The notes beneath the pieces are model-generated. The model worked only from the letters and a program-made list of their open reading frames with translations, was not told where the DNA came from and ran no database searches. A DNA stretch of 64,000 nucleotides from positions 81,535 to 145,534 of the forward strand of contig JALVQA010000006.1 of the NCBI GenBank assembly GCA_027031495.1, in the 5' to 3' direction. Shown piece after piece: positions 51,594 through 60,453 of this stretch. This stretch comes from Candidatus Moraniibacteriota bacterium (GTDB taxonomy: Bacteria > Patescibacteriota > Minisyncoccia > Moranbacterales > GCA-2747515). Position numbers and translations under genes: made by a program. Within the stretch, counting starts at the first letter, position 1, and each line of letters opens with the position of its first letter.

Positions 51594-52069
51594 GAGTAAT
51601 CCTTGAATGTTACCTGAATACCATTGTTGATATTGACCGATACACTAGGCGTATCACTCTTGCGTCCCTCCAGTCCGTGTAATTCTCCCAATGCTTTGTG
51701 ATATTGTCTGCGTACTCTGTAGTCATCATAGTAATCAACAACTTTCCCGTCCCAAACAACCGGAGACTTCGCAGAAAGACCATCTCTGAGCTTTTCCACA
51801 TACTTATCTATTCCAAGATCATAGATTGCGAGAATAGCCGAAATGTTAACTTTTGTTAACTGACGGGCTCCGAGAACACGAGCGCTGCGCTCTGTTACTT
51901 CCGGGTGAAGTTTCTTATATGCTTTTGTTGCGTTCATCCCATTTTTCATCCACTCAGCGATAAAAGCAGCAAGAGCAGCGTCCCCACCGCACTCCTCCAA
52001 GACAGCAATTTTATCCGCCTGACAACGAATGACTTTGCGTTTCTTTGTTGTTTTCTTGTTTTTTGCCAT
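51590..52069 (-). CDS. terS: Terminase small subunit (P27-like)
   Basis: GMNATKAYKKLHP motif; overlaps terL start by 4 nt. Confidence 0.7.
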   Translation of the reverse strand: MAKNKKTTKKRKVIRCQADKIAVLEECGGDAALAAFIAEWMKNGMNATKAYKKLHPEVTERSARVLGARQLTKVNISAILAIYDLGIDKYVEKLRDGLSAKSPVVWDGKVVDYYDDYRVRRQYHKALGELHGLEGRKSDTPSVSVNINNGIQVTFKDYS

Positions 52070-52259
52070 TGTTAGTCAGTGTATCCAATACTCTTATCCA
52101 CTGTTTTTCAGTGTTTGTAATTTCTCCTTTCCTTCTTATACCTCATCCGTGCCTGCTTGTTGAATAATTTGCGCGTCCACTTATGTCGCCCGCTCCGACC
52201 GCTCCGGCACCTACTGCAGCCACATCCGGTGTGTATTCTCTGTTGTATTTTGCTCAAGA

Positions 52260-52529
52260 TCATAGATTGTATTCTTTGCCTTTATAAAAAGCAATTTTTG
52301 TATGGTTCTCGCTTTCACAGAAAACGCCAAAAAACTTGCAAAAAATGTTTTGTTTCCAATTTTTGCAAATAAACACATCAACGATGTTTTCTTCACCTGT
52401 CTTAATGTCAAAGCGACTATCAACAATGCGTGATGTATCCCATAAGTCATCAACCACATGCACCCTATCAGCTCTTTTTCTTTTGTGCTCCAGCAGATTG
52501 CCGCATTTTGTGCAATATAGTTTTGTCAT
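52260..52529 (-). CDS. Phage hypothetical small protein (CxxC)
   Basis: 89 aa. Confidence 0.3.
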   Translation of the reverse strand: MTKLYCTKCGNLLEHKRKRADRVHVVDDLWDTSRIVDSRFDIKTGEENIVDVFICKNWKQNIFCKFFGVFCESENHTKIAFYKGKEYNL

Positions 52530-52822
52530 ATTTTTTCAATTAAATTCTTATACAACTCCTTCAATACCTCTTCGCATTGGTCCTCCGGCGAACGTGTAAG
52601 ATCAAAGGTGAACAACTCTATTGGGATATCGCTGTAGTTGTCACATACATAGAATTCACCCAAGCCGTTCATCTCTATAATCTTTCCGCATTTCTCAGAA
52701 TCAAATTTTGACTGCATCATCAACAAAACTTCTGATAGAGACAGAGGTTTGTTATTTCTGTCCATCACCTCATTTCTCATTGTGCGGAGCTGTTTTGTTA
52801 ATTCTTTTACATCGTTATTCAT
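52526..52822 (-). CDS. Phage hypothetical protein
   Basis: 98 aa acidic. Confidence 0.3.
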   Translation of the reverse strand: MNNDVKELTKQLRTMRNEVMDRNNKPLSLSEVLLMMQSKFDSEKCGKIIEMNGLGEFYVCDNYSDIPIELFTFDLTRSPEDQCEEVLKELYKNLIEKI

Positions 52823-52930
52823 ATGTTTGCTTACTGAAAAATATCACAAATAATACTCCACAACATCAACAAAGATGATACAAGCCACAGAATGACGCCG
52901 ATTAAAAGTAATGTATATTTATCCATAGGT

Positions 52931-53350
52931 TTACTTCTCCATTAAATTTTCAACATCAACATACCGCACGCGTTTCTCATTTGTGCGACCTGATGTTCTG
53001 TACCCAAACACCAGTACGCGCACCTTGCCACTTTTCGTTGGCTTGCCGAGTACTACGCACGGCATCGTGTATTCGCGACAGTTTCCACCCTGACATTGAC
53101 GACAGCGCACGACATGTGTTGCATCTTCAGCTGTGGCATTCCTTAGATACGTAGTCTCTATCGGTGTTGTTTCCACAACAACGTGTCCGTCAGACAGTAT
53201 TTTCTTTTTTGCCTCCTCGTATGTGTCCCACGTGCCGATTGTGGATACACGACCCTCTATCTCCAATCCTGCTGATACATACCCGTGAGCCGAGAATGTG
53301 CCTCCGGCATTTTTGAATATTACGTAGTATAGCTTTTCCTTTTTGTTCAT
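52931..53350 (-). CDS. Phage hypothetical protein (Cys-cluster CRQCQGGNC)
   Basis: 139 aa. Confidence 0.35.
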   Translation of the reverse strand: MNKKEKLYYVIFKNAGGTFSAHGYVSAGLEIEGRVSTIGTWDTYEEAKKKILSDGHVVVETTPIETTYLRNATAEDATHVVRCRQCQGGNCREYTMPCVVLGKPTKSGKVRVLVFGYRTSGRTNEKRVRYVDVENLMEK

Positions 53351-53356
53351 AGTTTT

Positions 53357-53839
53357 TCACTTTACGATTTTATAGATCACATCCTCATGCTCTCGCAACC
53401 ACGTCGCTTCCAGCAGCTTGCGCTTCAGTTTCCACACCGCTGTCTCATATCCCTTCACCTCCACGAGCTCCTTGCGGCCGTCGGCGTATGTCACGAGGAA
53501 GTCCAGGACATGCGTGCAAATTTTCTGCCCATTCACGACGAGAGGGATGCGGACCTGGCGCTGGACGTCTATGACACACCGTTTCGGATCCGAGGCCCGG
53601 CGGAGCATATCTAACTCCGCCGCAACCTCTGCCTCCCGGCGTGAGTCATATGTCACGCCGTTGTACACGGTCCGCCGTGCATTGTACTTGCTCCGGCGGC
53701 GACCACCTCTGCGACTTGTGACGATGATAGTCATACTAGAATGGCACTTTACTTGATTTCGCTTTTTGTAGATTGTAGAGAAGGTCATAGTTATCCGCGT
53801 CCTGCTGTGAGATCCACATGATGTAGTCCTCTGGCACAT
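53357..53839 (-). CDS. DUF1064 phage protein
   Basis: SKYNARRTVYNGVTYDSRREAEVAAELDML..Q..IPL...DFLVTYADGRKELVEVKG matches DUF1064 pattern. Confidence 0.6.
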   Translation of the reverse strand: MCQRTTSCGSHSRTRITMTFSTIYKKRNQVKCHSSMTIIVTSRRGGRRRSKYNARRTVYNGVTYDSRREAEVAAELDMLRRASDPKRCVIDVQRQVRIPLVVNGQKICTHVLDFLVTYADGRKELVEVKGYETAVWKLKRKLLEATWLREHEDVIYKIVK

Positions 53840-54464
53840 CCTCCAGTCGCTCGCCTTTGTATTTTCCGAACGGCATCCGACGAATGACAGCCGGCTCCTG
53901 CGTAATTTTGATCATCTCATCAATCACCGGTGCGACCTCCTCGTGCTGTCCGCGCATCATATTCACGAGCGCGCCGAATACTTCACGCAATACGATCGTG
54001 TCGTAGAGCGCGTCGTGCGCAGCCGTGCCTTCCGGTACTTCTACATCGTAGAGTCCGAGCGCATAGCGCAAATACTGCAGTCCGTAACTTTGCCACTTCT
54101 CATTCTCATCAATCGCGCGCGCAACCTTCATCGTGCAGATCTGCTGCTTCGCAGGAATCACCACGCCGTGATTCGCGAGCACTGCCGCGTCAAACGCGAT
54201 ATTGTGCGCCGCAAACACCGCGCCTTCAGAGATGAGTGCACGCACCGTCTCTATGGATTGCGACGCGTCAAATGACTGCAACTTCTCCACCTTCATCGGC
54301 GTGATGTGATGCACCGCCATTGCCTCAACGGTAATTGGCGTGTCCGGTTTGAAGTACTCGTTCAGAATCACGTGTGTCTCTCCGACGACAGAGATTTGTA
54401 CGATCTCCGCGACTTTCGTATCGCTCGCGGTCGTCTCGGTGTCAAAAAATACTACTTTCTTCAT
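53736..54464 (-). CDS. DnaQ-like (DEDD) 3'-5' exonuclease; start set to MKKVVFFDTETT
   Basis: Exo I FFDTETT, Exo II/III segments (AHNIAFDAAVL, DALYDTIVLREVF). Confidence 0.8.
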   Translation of the reverse strand: MKKVVFFDTETTASDTKVAEIVQISVVGETHVILNEYFKPDTPITVEAMAVHHITPMKVEKLQSFDASQSIETVRALISEGAVFAAHNIAFDAAVLANHGVVIPAKQQICTMKVARAIDENEKWQSYGLQYLRYALGLYDVEVPEGTAAHDALYDTIVLREVFGALVNMMRGQHEEVAPVIDEMIKITQEPAVIRRMPFGKYKGERLEDVPEDYIMWISQQDADNYDLLYNLQKAKSSKVPF

Positions 54465-54474
54465 AGGTTTGGAT

Positions 54475-54789
54475 TTAGTTCGTGAGTGAATTAACGCGCG
54501 CCGCCTCGTGCTCCTTCGCGCGCTTGCGGCGCAGTCGCAACTGCCGGAGTGCATCGTATAGGATCTTGTCACGATTGTAATTCGGGATCTTGTCCTCGCG
54601 GAACACTTGGTGCTTGTGCCCATGCACATCCACATAGCGATAGTATCCGTGCTCCACGCAGTACCGGTCAAATGTTCTGTCGCCAAGCATAGACTCAAAC
54701 ATCCGCACCTTGTGGATACCCTCTTTCGTGCTCAGTAGTCCGATCGGCGACGCATCGGTTTGTCTTTGTGTTTTGTGGAATCCTTGCAT
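54475..54789 (-). CDS. Phage hypothetical basic protein
   Basis: 104 aa between replication protein and exonuclease. Confidence 0.35.
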   Translation of the reverse strand: MQGFHKTQRQTDASPIGLLSTKEGIHKVRMFESMLGDRTFDRYCVEHGYYRYVDVHGHKHQVFREDKIPNYNRDKILYDALRQLRLRRKRAKEHEAARVNSLTN

Positions 54790-54793
54790 ATGA

Positions 54794-55636
54794 TTATTTC
54801 TTTTTGGAATTTAATGCGAATTTCACGACAGTCGCGAGCGAATACTCTGTGATGTACCTCGCGTGAACAATGCCGTCTACCGCTCTCGCGAGCTGATCGT
54901 CGGTGAAGCCGGTCCGCACAATCTCGCTCGCGACTTTCAGATTCGGCTTCAGCCACAACTGCCACTGCGCTGCTGTGCGCAGGTCTGGCGCATGACCGTA
55001 TGTGATAAGCTCCGTCAGAAACTTCGCGACGACGCGGATGTGTTCCTGATCAGAATCGGCGAGCCAATCACGAAATGCAGTTGCATCCATCTGCTCGTGA
55101 CGTGCGCACATTTGGCGATTACGCATCGGCTTACCAGAACAATAATCAAATGCGCAAACGGGAGGGCGCGACGCATCGCGTTGCGCAACCCTTCTTTGTG
55201 TATCCTTCTTATGTGCATCCTTCCAGTCCACCTCGTGTACCCGGCTTTTGTCGTCAGATGGACCCGGGTCGGTACGTGAGGTGGACTCGGCTCGGGGTTC
55301 ATCTGGTGTACCCGGCTCACGCTTCCAGACACTCACGTCCAGGAGTGTATACACGTTGTTTTTTTGCCGCCGCGTGCGCTCGTCACGCTCGCGTGTGATC
55401 GCGATAATATTATGCGCCGCCAGCTCTTTCAGCGCCTTGATTGCCGTCGTGCGGCTCATTCCCTTAGCGAGTCGTTCAATGCTCGGCCAGGACTTCTGAC
55501 CGCGTCCTGCGTGACGGCACAGCGCCATATAGACGCGGTCAGAATAGACACTCAAAATATCCTGGTATTCGTCCACGTAGACGTCATCCACGCGGAACAT
55601 CCGTCGGGATCTAGCGTCGCGAATGAGAATCTTCAT
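54794..55636 (-). CDS. Phage replication protein with N-terminal winged-HTH (replisome organiser/DnaD-like)
   Basis: LSVYSDRVYMALCRHAGRGQKSWPSIERLAKGMSRTTAIKALKELAAHNIIAI. Confidence 0.5.
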   Translation of the reverse strand: MKILIRDARSRRMFRVDDVYVDEYQDILSVYSDRVYMALCRHAGRGQKSWPSIERLAKGMSRTTAIKALKELAAHNIIAITRERDERTRRQKNNVYTLLDVSVWKREPGTPDEPRAESTSRTDPGPSDDKSRVHEVDWKDAHKKDTQRRVAQRDASRPPVCAFDYCSGKPMRNRQMCARHEQMDATAFRDWLADSDQEHIRVVAKFLTELITYGHAPDLRTAAQWQLWLKPNLKVASEIVRTGFTDDQLARAVDGIVHARYITEYSLATVVKFALNSKKK

Positions 55637-55808
55637 AGCGATAATTCTTAATGTTGTGTTTTTTCAGATCGTCACAGAATTTTTTACTTTCTGAGCGCCA
55701 CTTTTCTTCATAGCGCATATCCTCCGCGTACTCGTACGCAACCGAGAATATAAGAGCAAGGAGCGCAGAGCCAATGATAAATAGGGTCATAATTTTACTG
55801 GTTATCAT
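55611..55808 (-). CDS. Small single-TM phage protein
   Basis: 65 aa, LFIIGSALLALIFSVAY. Confidence 0.3.
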   Translation of the reverse strand: MITSKIMTLFIIGSALLALIFSVAYEYAEDMRYEEKWRSESKKFCDDLKKHNIKNYRYEDSHSRR

Positions 55809-56742
55809 TTACTACAGGGATACAGTCACACTTCGCACCTTTGTGCGATGCACACAGGGCCGTGTGCTGCATCTGCTCCTTTGGACTTTCATCCGGTACC
55901 GACTCCTGCTGTTCGTTCTGTGCCGGACCTTGCGCCGGAGCTGCAGGTGGAGTAGCTGGCGCATTTGCCGCCTCTTTCGCGCGCTTGCGGCGGATGCGCT
56001 CCAGGTCCTGATACACCTTCCGCAGCACATTGATATTCGCCGACGCCAGCGGCATGCCAATCTGCGACTCTATCACACCCTGTGTTGTTCCGAGCTCATT
56101 CATGAGAGAATAGAGACGTTCAAGCGCTTCTTTTGTGACCTTCGGTTGCGTCACTTGGGCGTTTCCGACAGTCTCCGGTGTTGCGTCTGTGTCCTCGTCA
56201 CCGGTCATGATGCCAAATGCGTTACAGAATGCATATCGCTTCGCGAATGTCAAAGCCGCCGCAAACTTTTGTGGGCCACTCATGTATGCCTTCGGGTCAA
56301 TCGGGACACGGAATGACGTCTCCTCACTATGTCCGCCTTCGTGCGTTACGATGACAGTCGCCGTCACACTCGTGTCATCCTGTTGCGTTTTGATTGTGTA
56401 TGAGAGACCATTGCGTGCGATATATTCGCGCACCTGCTCAACGATTGCATCAATAGATGCGTACTTGTATCTCACGGTACGACGGTCTTTCTCCAAGACC
56501 TCTTTTGTTTTGCGAATTGTCGGCAATTCAGATTGACATTTTGCCATAGCGGCAATAAATGCCTTCTTTGCCTCCCTTTGCTCGTAGTCTTTTTGGAGCT
56601 CAAACAGTCGCTCCAAAGTTTCTACGTCAACCTTCTTCTCTATCGCTTGAGCGATGATATTTAGAGTTGTTTGTGGTTGAATTCCCACATCCCTCTCCTC
56701 TTTTGTCGCATCTTGTGCGACTATCTCTTGAGTCGTACTCAT
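55795..56742 (-). CDS. ERF-family single-strand annealing protein
   Basis: KFAAALTFAKRYAFCNAFGIMTGDEDTD ERF signature; Q/P-rich C-terminus. Confidence 0.8.
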   Translation of the reverse strand: MSTTQEIVAQDATKEERDVGIQPQTTLNIIAQAIEKKVDVETLERLFELQKDYEQREAKKAFIAAMAKCQSELPTIRKTKEVLEKDRRTVRYKYASIDAIVEQVREYIARNGLSYTIKTQQDDTSVTATVIVTHEGGHSEETSFRVPIDPKAYMSGPQKFAAALTFAKRYAFCNAFGIMTGDEDTDATPETVGNAQVTQPKVTKEALERLYSLMNELGTTQGVIESQIGMPLASANINVLRKVYQDLERIRRKRAKEAANAPATPPAAPAQGPAQNEQQESVPDESPKEQMQHTALCASHKGAKCDCIPVVNDNQ

Positions 56743-56807
56743 AGTTTTGTTGTCCGATTGCCGTCGCCGCTAGTCACGAGCGACAGCGGCAATCGGAGAC
56801 TAGCTAA

Positions 56808-57293
56808 TTACTCCACCGCGCTGATAATTCTCGCACATGTCCACGGCCGCCATCCAAAGCGATCGTAGATTTTGCGCGCATACGCGATGTTTTGACGCGC
56901 GTCCAACAGTTTCTGCGCTGTCAGTCCCGCGTACTTCACCCGACCCGGTAAGAGTCGGATTTGGAACACTCCATACGAGGAGTATGCCGTGTGCGTGTCT
57001 CCCACACGCGACGGATCCAGGCGACTTTCGCAGTGTGCAATGCGCACTGCCGTGTCCGGGTCCTCCGGGAATGTCTCCCGGATGAGACGCTCAATCGCAT
57101 CTCGGTCAAGTTGTCTTTCGTCATCACATACCACATCAATGAGTCCGCACGGGTCCGGTGCCGTGTATTCTGCTTCCGGCACCTCTGCCGCGACCGCGAC
57201 GTCAGTGTGCAGGGTGATGACCTCACGCGCATCTGTATTCAGCGCGTTTGCTGCTGTAAAAATGACAGCAGCGGAAATGAGAATATATCTCAT
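56808..57293 (-). CDS. Secreted lytic transglycosylase (SLT domain), endolysin candidate
   Basis: Signal peptide MRYILISAAVIFTAANA; VRIAHCESRLDPSRVGDTHTAYSSYGVFQI SLT catalytic-Glu motif. Confidence 0.8.
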   Translation of the reverse strand: MRYILISAAVIFTAANALNTDAREVITLHTDVAVAAEVPEAEYTAPDPCGLIDVVCDDERQLDRDAIERLIRETFPEDPDTAVRIAHCESRLDPSRVGDTHTAYSSYGVFQIRLLPGRVKYAGLTAQKLLDARQNIAYARKIYDRFGWRPWTCARIISAVE

Positions 57294-57575
57294 ATCTGAG
57301 CATTTACAGCGGATACGCGTCCGCGTCAGCGCTCACCCTAGAAAATAAAAAAACTGCCGTTTGGCAGTATTGTTGTTGTTATTTATACAGAAAGGTCGGA
57401 CAACTCAAATTGTGCGACATAATATAAATATCAAAACAGCACAATTTCAGAAGGATAAGAACGTATTGTTCCTCTATTTATTTTTTTGCAAGAGAAAACT
57501 TTTTTACAATTTCTTGATAGATCCACTTTCATTCATTACGCCACACAATCAAAAAGTTTGTGTGTCCCTTGTTTC

Positions 57576-58176
57576 GTTTCTACTCCTCTCTTTTAAAGGA
57601 TGTTTCTAAAACATAAAAATATGATACAAAAGCGAAAGGGGGTGAGTTTCTACTCCTCTCTTTTAAAGGATGTTTCTAAAACCGCACCGTGACGAAGTCA
57701 CGGAGTGCGCTCTCCGTTTCTACTCCTCTCTTTTAAAGGATGTTTCTAAAACTCAAACTCCGCAACGCGCTCATCGTGTGTGTCTTGTTTCTACTCCTCT
57801 CTTTTAAAGGATGTTTCTAAAACCTGACGCCTCCACCTATGACGCGCGCGCGCTCGGTTTCTACTCCTCTCTTTTAAAGGATGTTTCTAAAACAAACGGA
57901 CGAAAAATACGGAAATTTCTCATAATGTTTCTACTCCTCTCTTTTAAAGGATGTTTCTAAAACATGCGGTTCGTGAAGGACTACTACACGAATTCTGGTT
58001 TCTACTCCTCTCTTTTAAAGGATGTTTCTAAAACTTTTTGTGCGAGGTATGAAGTTACACATGTACTAGTTTCTACTCCTCTCTTTTAAAGGATGTTTCT
58101 AAAACAGGTGTTACGTAAGCAGTTGCGCCGAGAAATTGAGTTTCTACTCCTCTCTTTTAAAGGATGTTTCTAAAAC
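57576..58176 (-). CRISPR. CRISPR array, 9 identical 37-nt repeats GTTTCTACTCCTCTCTTTTAAAGGATGTTTCTAAAAC (plus strand), 8 spacers of 33-35 nt. Inferred to be transcribed on the minus strand from the cas2-proximal side
   Basis: Repeats at 57576, 57646, 57716, 57787, 57857, 57927, 57998, 58069, 58140; 5-nt partial repeat GTTTC at 57571-57575 at the prophage-proximal (trailer) end. Confidence 0.95.
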
Positions 58177-58345
58177 CGCAAGATATGGCGTACTTAAGGC
58201 AAAAACGCTGTTTTCATTGTAAAGCATTTTCGCGTATTTTTGTGTAAAATCCCTTTTTTGAGCCATTTCTTGTGTGCAAACCTTGTAGCAGATCATTTTC
58301 ACAATTACTGCCTTTTCCAAAGGTTTTGCGCGATTTATGAATATG

Positions 58346-58500
58346 AGAAAGAAAAACTGCTTGCAGTATGCACACCGTAAGCAGTTTTTCACATCCTTTG
58401 AAAGAGAGGCGCTTTATGCGCCATCATTCCCCGTTTTTAGTAGCGGAGAATGAGCACAAAGGGTCGAAACAAAATGGAATGACCCCCTGTATCTTCAGTA
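58346..58500 (-). ncRNA. Candidate tracrRNA: anti-repeat (58384-58412) immediately followed on the minus strand by hairpin ACTGCTT/AAGCAGT (58356-58385) and T-tract; upstream hairpins GCGC-TTTAT-GCGC and GGGTC..GACCC
   Basis: Inverted degenerate repeat copy complementary to repeat nt 1-28 (GTTTT and ACATCCTTT-N-AAAGAGAGG), 3' terminator; boundaries approximate. Confidence 0.4.
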
Positions 58501-58511
58501 TATAACGTCTT

Positions 58512-58829
58512 CTAAAAAATCGCAATATGCGGTTCATCATAAACGCGTGACGTTGTTCCGTAGCGGCGGATACGCTTCTCAATTGATTGTGGAATCGGAA
58601 TAATGATCAATGCTTCGTCTTTTTTGTTTTTTACGAGAAATTTACTGTGCTGCAGACGTGCCATAAATTCACGTTTCCGTGCCGGTGTGAGAAAAAATTC
58701 AAAAATTGAATATTGTGTACGCACACCGAATTCTTCAAGGATTTTAACAAGACGTCGTCGCCGACGATCATCTGACACATCAAAAGCAACAAAAAATCTT
58801 TCTCTTTGCGCACTCATACGCGCTTCCAT
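58512..58829 (-). CDS. cas2: Cas2
   Basis: 105 aa; ERFFVAFDVSDDRRRRRLVKILEEFGVRTQYSIFEF Cas2 N-terminal pattern. Confidence 0.85.
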   Translation of the reverse strand: MEARMSAQRERFFVAFDVSDDRRRRRLVKILEEFGVRTQYSIFEFFLTPARKREFMARLQHSKFLVKNKKDEALIIIPIPQSIEKRIRRYGTTSRVYDEPHIAIF

Positions 58830-59812
58830 TCAAATGGCTTAAAGGTATCGCGATCACCAATGAGAATCTGTGCAAGTTGACGCACATCACGCTCCATGAG
58901 CGCTACAAGTGTGCGGTTTTCCGCAAAGTGATCGTAGCGAATAAACCGTGACCACTTTGGAAAAAACGTTCCGTATCCGTGTCGTGAGAGCGAAACGACA
59001 CCACCATCATCTGTTGTAAAATCTTTCTGTGTAAATTCTCTACGATTGACGCTACGCAACACAAAATATTCAATTGGTCCACGATAAATTTCCAAGAAGT
59101 CACTTGCAAGCGCGGCATGGCCGTATTTTTGATCATGGAGAAAGCCAACATATGGATCAAGACCAACGATCATAATATGTGTAACGAGTTCCGCGTGAGC
59201 AAGTGTATAGCAAAAACTTAAAAGCGCATTTAACGGATCGGTTGCCGGATGCTTTATGCGTCCGGGAAATACAAAGTCCGCATTATTTTTAACAAGTGAC
59301 GCATCTCGCCATATGCGAAAGTACTGACGTGCTGCAGTACCTTCCATGCCACGTATAGTATCAAGTGATAAATTTTGAGATACATTATCCGGCAATGTAT
59401 TAAGACGTTGCGTTGCACGCATCTTTTTTAATACACGATTTTGATTGATAATCTTACCACGCACAAATGTATATGCCATTTCTCGCCGCTTTTCTTTGTC
59501 ATCGTGCCACTTAAATTGCGCATGACGCAGAAAAACATTTTTTGTGTAATCATAGAGCACGGAAGCGACAAAACGGCCTTTACCATCTATAAAGTGAATT
59601 GGCACGTGATTTGTACGTGCCAATGATAACACTTTATTTGTGAGTGTTACATCACCGAAAATTACAATATCGCGCGTTGAAAGCGCTGGAAATTTTTCAC
59701 GTATATCACCAGCTTTTGTGCGAATGGCAAAATTTTGTCCACTTACACTGAGTGTGTCATCAAAACGTGCGCGATAATAGACCGTTGATTTCCCTTCCGT
59801 CAATAACGTCAT
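58814..59812 (-). CDS. cas1: Cas1
   Basis: NALLSFCYTLAHAEL and GLDPYVGFLHD hallmark Cas1 motifs; 332 aa. Confidence 0.9.
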   Translation of the reverse strand: MTLLTEGKSTVYYRARFDDTLSVSGQNFAIRTKAGDIREKFPALSTRDIVIFGDVTLTNKVLSLARTNHVPIHFIDGKGRFVASVLYDYTKNVFLRHAQFKWHDDKEKRREMAYTFVRGKIINQNRVLKKMRATQRLNTLPDNVSQNLSLDTIRGMEGTAARQYFRIWRDASLVKNNADFVFPGRIKHPATDPLNALLSFCYTLAHAELVTHIMIVGLDPYVGFLHDQKYGHAALASDFLEIYRGPIEYFVLRSVNRREFTQKDFTTDDGGVVSLSRHGYGTFFPKWSRFIRYDHFAENRTLVALMERDVRQLAQILIGDRDTFKPFEWKRV

Positions 59813-59856
59813 AATATTATCACCTATGAATCAAGACGTTATATTATACAATAAAA

Positions 59857-60453
59857 CTATAAATAACACAAGTCACGGAAACAACATCCGTCACATCTTG
59901 CATCACGGTGTTGCGGAAAATCATGTGGGTCAAGCAAGTCTTTTTGTAAACGTTTGTAGACAGCATCAGCAAGTACTATTGCTTCTTTTTGCTCATCATC
60001 GCCAAGCGTGTATCGCTTTCGCTGGCGATCGCCGGTAAAGAAAATTTCACCATACGTAAGATGTGATGATGAAAACATTTCACGCAGACACAGTGCTTGC
60101 AGGGCGAGCTGTTGGCGATGTGCAGGATTTGTACGCTTTTTACCACGCTTAAATTCAACCGGCACAATTACATTGTGCGGATAGAATTCTACAACATCCA
60201 CTACACCACTGATACCGTACTGTCGCGAGTAAATACGCAATGATGATTGTACGCGTAGAGCATTGCGATGACGTGTATATGGTTTATCCACCACGCGATG
60301 CGCCGCACGACCATCTTGGATATATGTATTTTCATCTCGCACACGTGGTGCGTCCGTCAGGAGATAGTAGGTGCTGCGCGGGCAATATGCATACTCAGCA
60401 ATGAACGATAGCGGAATAAGTGGTCGGTCAGTCTGTGGTGCTTTCTGTGACAT
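59857..60453 (-). CDS. cas4: Cas4 (RecB-like nuclease with Fe-S Cys cluster)
   Basis: N-terminal YAYCPRSTYY and C-terminal CDGCCFRDLC; overlaps effector stop by 26 nt. Confidence 0.85.
   Translation of the reverse strand: MSQKAPQTDRPLIPLSFIAEYAYCPRSTYYLLTDAPRVRDENTYIQDGRAAHRVVDKPYTRHRNALRVQSSLRIYSRQYGISGVVDVVEFYPHNVIVPVEFKRGKKRTNPAHRQQLALQALCLREMFSSSHLTYGEIFFTGDRQRKRYTLGDDEQKEAIVLADAVYKRLQKDLLDPHDFPQHRDARCDGCCFRDLCYL

Larger units (their letters stand above)
30239..57418. mobile_element. Siphovirus-like prophage (~27 kb), int at left end, lysis/recombination genes at right end; proposed att core ATTGTGCGAC at both ends (tentative)
   Basis: Contiguous minus-strand phage module set, GC visibly higher than flanks; 10-bp direct repeat at 30239-30248 and 57409-57418 each inside imperfect inverted repeats. 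Confidence 0.6.

Noticed and set aside
57300-57575. Treating the AT-rich block between the prophage and the first repeat as the CRISPR leader
   Set aside because: The partial GTTTC repeat at this end and the tracr/terminator plus TACAAT on the cas2 side indicate this is the trailer side. It remains possible but is less consistent.
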